From Patescibacteria group bacterium (GTDB lineage: Bacteria > Patescibacteriota > Patescibacteriia > JAGVFQ01), in assembly GCA_020057505.1 (NCBI GenBank), contig JAGVFQ010000066.1, positions 1 to 46,111 on the forward strand: a stretch of 46,111 nucleotides of DNA. Reading direction: 5' to 3'. Positions 36,139 to 44,230 of this stretch are shown piece after piece; the stretch's first letter is position 1; the number at the start of each line of letters is the position of its first letter. The position numbers and the translations under genes were made by a program. The notes under the pieces were generated by a model. The model saw nothing but the letters and a program-made list of their open reading frames with translations, did no database searches and was not told the DNA's origin.

Positions 36139-39100
36139 TTAGTAGGACAAGCTTCCACCTACGAGAGGCAGATTCTTGGTCGCTGGATGAGTGCTATTTG
36201 CGCTACCAGTCCTATTGCCGACATCAGAGCTAGAGCCATCCCAGTAAGTCACACCATAAGTGGTGGTGGGATTTGTAGTGGCGTTAGAAACTGACATCTG
36301 ATAGGTGTTGGTAGAAATTCCGCCAGTAGTATCGCCAAAGATTCTAATGACTTTGGTAACACCGGCAGAGATTTGCAAATTGCCGTCTGAAGTCCATTGA
36401 CCAGCACAACCATCACCGGTAGCGCCAGCGCCGGCAATTGTACAAGCGCCTGTGCCAGCAGCTGAACCGATTGATATGGCTGAGTTTCCTAAGACCACCG
36501 TATCGCCATTATACGTATTAGCGTTAGCTGACGTAACCGTGGCATAAGTGGTATTAAGATCGTCGCTCTTAACGGTCAAACTGCCCGTAGCCGAGAAATT
36601 AGCAACAGCAGTACCGCTATTGACTAATTCAAGCTCGCGGATAGTGATATCATCACCGGTCGCCTGCAAGTTGAGTCTTAAGACTTCTTTGCCCGCGCCA
36701 GCTGTCTGAGTGCCTGAAGGCGTAGCCGCATTCAAGCTCACAGTCAAGATACCTTTGTGGATACTGAAACCATTGGAACCGAATACCTGAGAAGCAGCCA
36801 CTGTACCAAGGCTGTTAATGGTATTCATGAGAATAGTAGCACCTGATTGCTGACCAGTGGCAATGATGTAGTAATCATTGGCTGTGGCAGCGCCCGCGCT
36901 CCATAAGGTATCTTCCGAAGCTGTACCCGGTTGACCGGCTGTACCATCAGCAGATTCAATACCAATTTGGAAATTGGCTCCAGTGCTGGTAGTTACCTGA
37001 GTCTTGTCCGGTATATCCATCTTGATGGTAATAGTGCTATAGCTGTCTTTGGGAATAACCAAAGTACCGCTATTCAAAACTACTGGGGTCATGCCATTCG
37101 CATCAAGAGTATAACCGGCGGTATTGCCGATGAGAACGCCATTGGCATAAAGATAAACTTTAGACACATTGGCTCTCGTGCATTCAGTACCACCCTGGGT
37201 ATTGTTACCGCAGAAAATATCGAGTACCGAGACATCAATCGGTTCATAAGAAGCAGTGAATTTATACTTCATTACTTCATTGCCGGTTGAAGAAGAAACA
37301 AGCTGGGCCGCTGAAGGCATATCAGCTGATTTCTCAATTTTCAACAAACCTTTGGCCTGGATTGTCTGGACTTGGCCAATACCGGATACTCCTTTCGATC
37401 CGGCGGCTAAGGTGTTGCCTGTAACTTTACCAGTTGCAACTGCATCACCGACTGCCGCGACTCTGAATCTATGGTCAGTACCAGTCGCTGAAACAATACT
37501 GCCTTTCAGTGTTAAGCGTGAAGAAGTATTCATGGCAACAACAACAGGTGTCTGGAAAGTGAAAGTGACCGTGCAGGTGCCAGCGGCAGAGTTGGTCAAA
37601 GCCGCGGTTGAATTTGAAGTCGGCAATTGGATAATCGCGGCTCCGGCCACGGTATTATCCTGGATGCCCCACAAAGTCAAATTGTTAACACCTGAGCAGT
37701 CCGTGCCGCCGCCACTCATTGTGTCGGTAAGCATTAATGAACTGACTCGAACATCTTCACCGCCCGCTGACGCGTCAAGGTCAAGAGTGGAGAAAGTTTG
37801 CTGTTGAGCGTTAACTACCAAATTGGCAGCCGCGGGAGTAGCCGCGGTAATCATACTTAAGAAAGCAGCCTTAACTGTCTGCGTATTGCCGGTAACAGCA
37901 GCGGATGGAGGAACGGTAGTACCGGTTGAAGTAGTATAAGTACTCTTGCCGGAATTAGCGCCCTTGGCTGTAATCTTATTCGCCGCCATATCAGCATGGA
38001 TTGTGTCATTGGCTACAGTTGATGAACTTACATTGGCTTTAATTATAACTACAGTGGTGCCAATCGGCAGAGTATAGGCATCAGTAAAGGTTACTGTGTC
38101 TGTACCGGCGATATCAGCAATACTCGCATCGCGGTCTTTCGGACCGGCGAGAATGGCGCCCGTGGCGCTATTGTACAAAGTAAAGCTGGTAAATTTGCCG
38201 ACAGTAGCTGTAACAGTCGTATAATTGATAATAGTCTGGCTGACATTGACTGGTTCGCCATCAACCTTGACATCTAAAGTCGTCAAAGCTACTTGTGTCG
38301 CGCCCTGAGCAATATTGCCCGTGGCAGGAGTCAAAGCGCTCTTGATAACTGTCAAATAGCCCTGATTAATGGTTTGGGTCTGGCAAAGCTTATTGGTCGC
38401 GCCGACCATACAAGTCGCGCCAGCGCTGCCATCAGTGACCGCTACTTCAAAGCCATAGGTCTGACCTAAACCTCTAACAGTAAAGGTCGTGCCATCATAG
38501 ACATCAAAGGAAACAGTTCTGCCTGAACCGCTGCCAGCGATGCTAGCTTTGATTGAAAGGTCAGCTGAACCGCCCTTATCAATGCTAACTGTTAAATTCT
38601 GGAAAGTAGCTCGGCCATTACTGTCTAAACCGGCGAGGGTCGCGATCGTCTGGCCAGAAGTATCATTGACCAATTTGATATCCTTGACATCAGAATTGGA
38701 GGCTGTGCCATTTTTGATGGCAGTTACGGAATTAATCAAAACCGCTTCAGCCGAAGTAGTCGCTAAATGAACCTGAGTAAATCGGACATCGGTCGCGTTG
38801 GAATCAACGCCGCTATCCGCCGTCGGGTTCAGGGCGCCACGAGTAATCGTGAGGCCGCCGATGGTGACATTGGCAACAGTCATAGTGTTGCCATTGATTG
38901 GGAAAGTGCCGGCAACGGTAGAAGTGGTGGTAATATCAGTGGCCGCTGTAATTCCCAACATATGCATATCAGCGACGAAGGTCGCGCTAATATCAGCCGC
39001 GATTACTACCGTAACCGGAGTTCCGGCATTAACGGTAATTGGGCTATTGGATAAATTAAAGGTGGCCTGATGAACTGAACTCAAAGTCTGTGAAGTGCCC

Positions 39101-39876
39101 TTCTGGACGCCATCAACATATAATTTGATAGCTGAAAGGCGGATATCAGCGCCAAGACCAGTTCTGGTCACTTTCAAACTGGTAACAGAGGAGGTACCGC
39201 CGCTAGCAGTTAAAACAACCTTGGTAAAGGTGACATTGCTCGCGCCGATTGGGACTGAAGTGGAAGCTGGGGAATCAGAAGCCAAAGCGACTGATAATTG
39301 GCCGGCCGCTACTGTAGTCAAATTTTTATCGACGTTAATCGAAGTGGCTGCTGTTTGAGCGGTAACTACATTGAAATCAGCTGAAGAGGTGACATTCGCG
39401 CCAATTGTATAATTGGTAAAAAATGCATCTGAGACATCGTCAATCATTGTATTCCAAGTAGTTCCATACAAAGACATAGCAATCGCTTCGCTCTGTACCC
39501 AGCGCAATGAACCATTCGCCGCAACGGCGTAAACCTTGGGGTCGGTGGTAATCTTTACCATTTTGACACCGGGTTTGTAGGTGACATTGCCGCCGATTGT
39601 GATGGCAGCTAATTCCGCGTCGGTAATTGTTTTAACCGTGCTGAAATCAGCGTACCAAGTCTTGTAGGTCTTCTCGTTCGGGAAAACGTATCTCTTGCCA
39701 TCAGCGCCATAGTAGTAGACGGCTGCTGTGCTCGCCTTGATCAGGTCTCCGGAGGTCATAGTGGCCGCCTGAGCTGATAAAGGGATGAGAGCCGCTACGC
39801 CGATTGACCAAGCAATGGTCGTCACGGCGACGCTAACAGTCAAGGCTCGTTTTCCTTTTTTTATTAGGTCTGTCAT
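36139..39876 (-). CDS. 1245-aa secreted S-layer-like/major surface protein
   Basis: Signal peptide ending AQA, Thr/Ala/Ser/Gly-rich repeated beta domains, AAGGAG RBS at 39887..39892. Confidence 0.75.
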   Translation of the reverse strand: MTDLIKKGKRALTVSVAVTTIAWSIGVAALIPLSAQAATMTSGDLIKASTAAVYYYGADGKRYVFPNEKTYKTWYADFSTVKTITDAELAAITIGGNVTYKPGVKMVKITTDPKVYAVAANGSLRWVQSEAIAMSLYGTTWNTMIDDVSDAFFTNYTIGANVTSSADFNVVTAQTAATSINVDKNLTTVAAGQLSVALASDSPASTSVPIGASNVTFTKVVLTASGGTSSVTSLKVTRTGLGADIRLSAIKLYVDGVQKGTSQTLSSVHQATFNLSNSPITVNAGTPVTVVIAADISATFVADMHMLGITAATDITTTSTVAGTFPINGNTMTVANVTIGGLTITRGALNPTADSGVDSNATDVRFTQVHLATTSAEAVLINSVTAIKNGTASNSDVKDIKLVNDTSGQTIATLAGLDSNGRATFQNLTVSIDKGGSADLSIKASIAGSGSGRTVSFDVYDGTTFTVRGLGQTYGFEVAVTDGSAGATCMVGATNKLCQTQTINQGYLTVIKSALTPATGNIAQGATQVALTTLDVKVDGEPVNVSQTIINYTTVTATVGKFTSFTLYNSATGAILAGPKDRDASIADIAGTDTVTFTDAYTLPIGTTVVIIKANVSSSTVANDTIHADMAANKITAKGANSGKSTYTTSTGTTVPPSAAVTGNTQTVKAAFLSMITAATPAAANLVVNAQQQTFSTLDLDASAGGEDVRVSSLMLTDTMSGGGTDCSGVNNLTLWGIQDNTVAGAAIIQLPTSNSTAALTNSAAGTCTVTFTFQTPVVVAMNTSSRLTLKGSIVSATGTDHRFRVAAVGDAVATGKVTGNTLAAGSKGVSGIGQVQTIQAKGLLKIEKSADMPSAAQLVSSSTGNEVMKYKFTASYEPIDVSVLDIFCGNNTQGGTECTRANVSKVYLYANGVLIGNTAGYTLDANGMTPVVLNSGTLVIPKDSYSTITIKMDIPDKTQVTTSTGANFQIGIESADGTAGQPGTASEDTLWSAGAATANDYYIIATGQQSGATILMNTINSLGTVAASQVFGSNGFSIHKGILTVSLNAATPSGTQTAGAGKEVLRLNLQATGDDITIRELELVNSGTAVANFSATGSLTVKSDDLNTTYATVTSANANTYNGDTVVLGNSAISIGSAAGTGACTIAGAGATGDGCAGQWTSDGNLQISAGVTKVIRIFGDTTGGISTNTYQMSVSNATTNPTTTYGVTYWDGSSSDVGNRTGSANSTHPATKNLPLVGGSLSY
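39486..39752. repeat. 267-bp coding repeat, copy 2
   Basis: Matches 33536..33802. Confidence 0.95.
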
Positions 39877-40201
39877 TTAAATTGATCTCCTTAAATCGCG
39901 AATTTTTACAAATTTATCGCGAATTATCGCAAATATTTCTATTCGCTTAAATTCGTATATGATTCGCGTTAAATTAATATTTAATGCAGAAACCTCTTTC
40001 CACGGATTCCGCGCTTAATTAAGTTCGCGCAATCCGCGTCATTAGAGTCGACCTTTATGTTCCTACAATTAATTAGCATATTTATTCTGCCGCTTCCGGT
40101 TTTGGCATCCGCTGCGAGACAAACTCCATGTACGATTATGATTAAGTAAAAATCACACGCAAGGTTTGTCCCGCCGCCTGCCTAACTGGAAAGGGCATTA
40201 A
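39877..40201 (-). promoter_or_regulatory. long structured leader/intergenic region
   Basis: Hairpins 40088..40197 and 40002..40037, AAAGGTCGA at 40048..40056, RBS. Confidence 0.5.
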
Positions 40202-41341
40202 TTATTTACTTTCTTCATACAACAGTGAGCCGGAAACATTTACATTCTCATTAACCATTGCCCCGCCTTCCACCTGGCTCGGCTGTTCGCTGTTAGTATT
40301 AGTTGAATTAGTATTGGCTGCACCCGCTGCTACATCAGATGAAGCACTCGCCGCGGTAGCTTCTGCCTTATCATCATTAATATCTTCAGCGGTACGAGCC
40401 AACTCATTACTCTCTTTTACCTTGTCAAAAGCCGAGGACAAATTTCCGCTTTCGAGAAGAACTCTTGCTTCATCAAGCGTCTTCTTTATCTCATCTGATT
40501 TTATACTAGCTTCTTTAATATCAGTTGTATTAATTTTTTCTTGTATCTGTAATTGCTTAACTCTCTCATCAGTCTTATTAATTCTATCTTCAACTTTCTT
40601 TACTAGATCATCTTTAGCGTCTTTATTATTCGCCTGATTATGATTATCTATAATAATACTCACGGCATTGTTATTGGTCTTTTCCGAAGCGGCCAGGGCT
40701 TCCTTGATTGTGTCTTTTGTCGAAGACGGCATTTCTTTTTTTGTCGCTTCAAGCGCGCTCGTATAGCTCTCAGTCATATCATCCACGATAACAGCCAGAT
40801 TGACCACGTCCGCCGCATTGCCGGTTTTTTTCAAATTGTCCAACCGATTATTGATACTGCCCAGTTCTTCAGTAAACCGCTGTAATGGTATTTTGATCTT
40901 AGCGTCTCGCGCCGAACTCTCATTAGAATTTTTTACCTTTTTCAATTCTTCGATTCTCTTGCCGGCTAATTCCATTTCCATCGTCATCTTATCTTTCTCG
41001 TCGAGCTTTAAACTAAGTTGCACTCTTTCTGCGGTAATTTTCACCGGATAAAGAGTGTCTCCCGGCAAACTACTGAAGGCGGCGTTAACTGTGACAATGC
41101 CACTGCCCATAGCCAAAGTGGAAATTACTATTACTACTCCGGCCGGACGAAGCGTGAAAGCTGTTAATTTTTTAAATTCTATAAAAATAATCGATGAGAC
41201 TGACAACCGAGGTTCCAATTTCTGCCTCTGGGATTTTATTTGAGACAACAAAAGCTCTCGGCCGGATTGTTTCCAATCTTGCCGAGGCTCAATTTTTTTC
41301 AAGCTCTTTAATTGTCCGAATAATTCTTTTTCGGATGGCAT
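40202..41341 (-). CDS. DUF5667-domain putative anti-sigma factor
   Basis: TM followed by SLPGDTLYPVKITAE...KRIEE, coiled coil; directly after an ECF sigma gene. Confidence 0.8.
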   Translation of the reverse strand: MPSEKELFGQLKSLKKIEPRQDWKQSGRELLLSQIKSQRQKLEPRLSVSSIIFIEFKKLTAFTLRPAGVVIVISTLAMGSGIVTVNAAFSSLPGDTLYPVKITAERVQLSLKLDEKDKMTMEMELAGKRIEELKKVKNSNESSARDAKIKIPLQRFTEELGSINNRLDNLKKTGNAADVVNLAVIVDDMTESYTSALEATKKEMPSSTKDTIKEALAASEKTNNNAVSIIIDNHNQANNKDAKDDLVKKVEDRINKTDERVKQLQIQEKINTTDIKEASIKSDEIKKTLDEARVLLESGNLSSAFDKVKESNELARTAEDINDDKAEATAASASSDVAAGAANTNSTNTNSEQPSQVEGGAMVNENVNVSGSLLYEESK

Positions 41342-41353
41342 ATGAATATTTAA

Positions 41354-41908
41354 CTATTTACCATTTTTTTCATTCAAAATTTCTTTCAAGGTTTCGAGCG
41401 ATCGAAAGATCAGCACTCTGACCGCGCCTTTGGACTTCTCCAAAATTTGCGCGATTTCGCTGATAGATAATTCTTCAATAAATCTGAGAATAATTACTTC
41501 GCGGTATTCATCCTTCAGCTCTCGCAAATTCTTTTCAATATTTTCCATCTCCAGACTTATTTGCATTTTATCAAACTCGTCGCTCGCTATTTCCAAATCA
41601 TCAGTCAACTCGTCATTCATTTTTTCTTTCTGCGCTCGTTCGCGATAATAATCAATAACAATATTGCGCGCGATTCGATAAAGCAAGGCGCCGATGTGTT
41701 TGATTTCTCCCTTGCCCTCGTTGATGTATTGCCAGGTTTTCAAAAATACTTCTGATGTTAAATCTTCCGCCTCTTCAACCGAAGAAACTTTAAAATAAAT
41801 AAACCTGTATATCTTCGAAACATACAAGTCATAGATTTCGCTAAATGCATCCGGGTCTTTCTTCTGAAGCTGATTTTGGATGATTTTTTCTTTTAACCAG
41901 TTTCGCAT
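41354..41908 (-). CDS. ECF RNA polymerase sigma factor
   Basis: AEDLTSEVFLKTW, LYRIARNIVIDYYR, LSISEIAQIL...GAVR. Confidence 0.95.
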   Translation of the reverse strand: MRNWLKEKIIQNQLQKKDPDAFSEIYDLYVSKIYRFIYFKVSSVEEAEDLTSEVFLKTWQYINEGKGEIKHIGALLYRIARNIVIDYYRERAQKEKMNDELTDDLEIASDEFDKMQISLEMENIEKNLRELKDEYREVIILRFIEELSISEIAQILEKSKGAVRVLIFRSLETLKEILNEKNGK

Positions 41909-41913
41909 TTAAT

Positions 41914-41941
41914 AAGACGAAAAAAAATAAAATTTGTTACA
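41914..41941 (-). promoter_or_regulatory. ECF-type autoregulatory promoter
   Basis: TGTAAC-16 nt-CGTCTT ending 5 nt before the ATG. Confidence 0.65.
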
Positions 41942-42067
41942 CCAAATTTGAACTAATTATAACTTATTAATGCAAAAAGTAAAGCCTTTTAATATAAATA
42001 TTTAAGCTAAACATCTTGCTAAAATTTTAAAATAATGTTATATTGCTAATAATTGTCCACACTATTC

Positions 42068-42096
42068 TAGACAATAATCACTAAATAAGATACAAT
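42068..42096 (+). promoter_or_regulatory. putative sigma70 promoter
   Basis: TAGACA-17 nt-TACAAT. Confidence 0.55.
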
Positions 42097-42144
42097 TAAA
42101 TTATCAACATAATAAATCAAAAAATTAATAAATAAATTATTTCT

Positions 42145-42456
42145 ATGCCCTTATCAACACCCGCTAATTCCCCTAATAACATCATTCGCCTCTCGGTTTC
42201 CGAGGCCAGCCGCTTCTTCGGCGTAGACCAAAAAACGATCCGCCGCGCCATCGCGAGCCAAGAGCTCCGCTATGTCGTGGTCCGCAGTCGATACAAAATC
42301 CATTTTGAGAGCCTCCTCAAATGGTCGCAGCAAAAGACAACTATAAAAAATAAATTAGCCAATCGCGGCATCGGCCAATATGTGGATGCGTGGAAAATAA
42401 AAAATAAACTTTACAGTCCAAATCCAGCAAGCATTAATAATCCCAAAAAAGAATAA
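42145..42456 (+). CDS. excisionase-like HTH DNA-binding protein
   Basis: LSVSEASRFFGVDQKTIRRAI. Confidence 0.8.
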   Translation: MPLSTPANSPNNIIRLSVSEASRFFGVDQKTIRRAIASQELRYVVVRSRYKIHFESLLKWSQQKTTIKNKLANRGIGQYVDAWKIKNKLYSPNPASINNPKKE

Positions 42457-42516
42457 TCACCCGCGTCGAAATGCAATATTTTCTGTCTTCAAGGATTTAT
42501 TAAATATCAACGTGAT

Positions 42517-42751
42517 GTAGGGAACGGTTTCTAACCGTTCCCTTTGTTGTTAAAAATTATTCACGTAAAGACGTAATATTTTACGTCTCTTTTTATCATT
42601 TACGTAAAGACGCCGATTTATCGCGTCTCCAAAAAATATAATATTTTATTTTATACAATCGTAGAGACGCGCCATGGCGCGTCTCTACAACCTTCGGTAA
42701 CGATTCTCGCAAAAAAAACAACGAACGGCTAGAAACCGTTCGTTGTTTTTT
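42517..42751. repeat. cluster of five REP-like palindromes
   Basis: 42517..42543, 42565..42590, 42604..42629, 42661..42688 (gtagagacgcgccatggcgcgtctctac), 42713..42751 (terminator-like). Confidence 0.75.
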
Positions 42752-42764
42752 ATCACCCGTATTA

Positions 42765-43928
42765 TCAAATTTTTTTCTCTTCGGAATAATTGACTAATTC
42801 GCCCAAGCCACTAGAATCATCGGCAATTAATTCTTCATAAATATCAATAGTCTTCCTCGCAACCTTGTCCCAATTATAATTTGCCGCCATATGCGCTCGA
42901 GATTCCTCGCATTTTTCTTCAATCAATTCGGGGCTATCCAAAAGAAATTTTAATTTTCTTTCAAGATCGTTTACGCTCTTATTCCTAAAAACAAATCCAA
43001 TATCGAGCACTACTTCTTTGTTTTCCGAAATATCGCTTACGAGTGTAGGCAAGCCATAGCTCATCGCTTCAAGTAAAGCGATTGAAAGCCCTTCAGCTTC
43101 AGACGGCTGGACAAATAAATAAGCGTTGGAATAAAGCTCAGCCAAAATTTTATCTTTTTGTTCGCCGGTAAAAATGATTCTCTTATCATCCCCTGCCAAA
43201 TCTTTGAGATATTTGGCATAGCTATTGGTATAGCTCGAATCGCCGACGATTACTAATTTCTTATCCGTATCCAAATTTTTGTAAGCTTCAATTAAGTACT
43301 GAAGTCCTTTGTGTTCAATGAGTCGGCTCACGGCTAAAATATAATCCCCCTCCCCGAGATTCCACTTCTTCAAAATCAAATCCGCCTCTACTTTATTATA
43401 TAGAGGAACGCCATTAGGAATATAGATGGGGTCGCCGCCAAATTCTTTGCGGCATTTTTCCCGCTGTGAAACCGAAACTGCGATTGCTTTGTCAGATACA
43501 TTAAGAGAGATATAGGCTCCAAGGCCCAAACATTTTTGCGCAAACCAACCCCACTTCTGATGTTTCCTGTCGTCAGAATGGAAAGTAGAAACGACCTTGG
43601 CTTTTCTTTTCAAAATTTTTACAATCCACAAAAGTGAAGACGGACCAATTGCCTGATAATGAATGACATCAACTTTTCGGAAGAGCACATCAATAGTGGC
43701 CAAAAAGGTATGGACGATGGCGTCCAAATGTTTAGTCTTGATAGTCGGCAAATGGATCAATTGCACTCCTTTATAATTCTTGAGATTTTTAGCAGTATAA
43801 TGATCTCGGCAATAACAAATCACCTCATGGCCTTCTTTGGCTAAACGAGTTGCTAATTCTTCCACGTGGCGTTCGACGCCACCGGAAAAAGCCGGTATCC
43901 CCTTTTGTCCGATAAATGCTATTCTCAT
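42765..43928 (-). CDS. glycosyltransferase family 4
   Basis: GQKGIPAFSGGVE, HKG, EGLSIALLEAMSYG. Confidence 0.93.
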   Translation of the reverse strand: MRIAFIGQKGIPAFSGGVERHVEELATRLAKEGHEVICYCRDHYTAKNLKNYKGVQLIHLPTIKTKHLDAIVHTFLATIDVLFRKVDVIHYQAIGPSSLLWIVKILKRKAKVVSTFHSDDRKHQKWGWFAQKCLGLGAYISLNVSDKAIAVSVSQREKCRKEFGGDPIYIPNGVPLYNKVEADLILKKWNLGEGDYILAVSRLIEHKGLQYLIEAYKNLDTDKKLVIVGDSSYTNSYAKYLKDLAGDDKRIIFTGEQKDKILAELYSNAYLFVQPSEAEGLSIALLEAMSYGLPTLVSDISENKEVVLDIGFVFRNKSVNDLERKLKFLLDSPELIEEKCEESRAHMAANYNWDKVARKTIDIYEELIADDSSGLGELVNYSEEKKI

Positions 43929-43996
43929 ATTCTTTATTTATTCGCTTATTATTCGCTTTCTAATTAGCTTAAATTAGCGATATTCAATAACTCTCT

Positions 43997-44025
43997 ATAT
44001 TATCACATTTAAAAAATTATGTCAA
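43997..44025 (-). promoter_or_regulatory. putative promoter of the GT4 gene
   Basis: TTGACA-17 nt-TAATAT. Confidence 0.55.
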
Positions 44026-44087
44026 CCCCCCTGCCCCTACATTCTATCCACAAGCGCAACATCCGTTTTCCGCCTCATACTTCTCCT

Positions 44088-44123
44088 AAGATGCTAAACA
44101 CCCTGCAGGGTGTTTAGCATCTT
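44088..44123. repeat. perfect 36-bp palindrome
   Basis: aagatgctaaacaccctg|cagggtgtttagcatctt. Confidence 0.9.
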
Positions 44124-44159
44124 CACCTTAATTTTCAAAATCCGCATAATTCCGTGCAA

Positions 44160-44196
44160 AAGAAAAAGCGGTTTTCAATTAGATTGAAAACCGCTT
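44160..44196 (-). terminator. intrinsic terminator of the FN3 gene
   Basis: aagcggttttcaat-tag-attgaaaaccgctt, T-run on the minus strand. Confidence 0.75.
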
Positions 44197-44230
44197 GTGT
44201 TTATTTTCCTCCTGTTCTACCCCTTTTAAT

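Noticed and set aside
35998-39358. Many + strand ORFs opposite the large surface gene (and similar shadow ORFs opposite murA, S8, DUF5667 and FN3 genes)
   Set aside because: Antisense shadows of well-supported genes, with no recognisable motifs.
33536-39752. Diversity-generating retroelement TR/VR pair
   Set aside because: Both copies are coding, mismatches are almost all synonymous third positions and not adenine-specific on the coding strand, and no reverse transcriptase is in the window.
40088-40197. SRP RNA or 6S RNA
   Set aside because: Lacks the SRP domain IV motif and is shorter than a typical 6S RNA; kept only as an unassigned structure.
42145-42456. Prophage or integrative element marked by an excisionase
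   Set aside because: No integrase, att site or phage genes nearby.
42517-42751. CRISPR array
   Set aside because: Units differ in sequence and spacing, and there are no cas genes.
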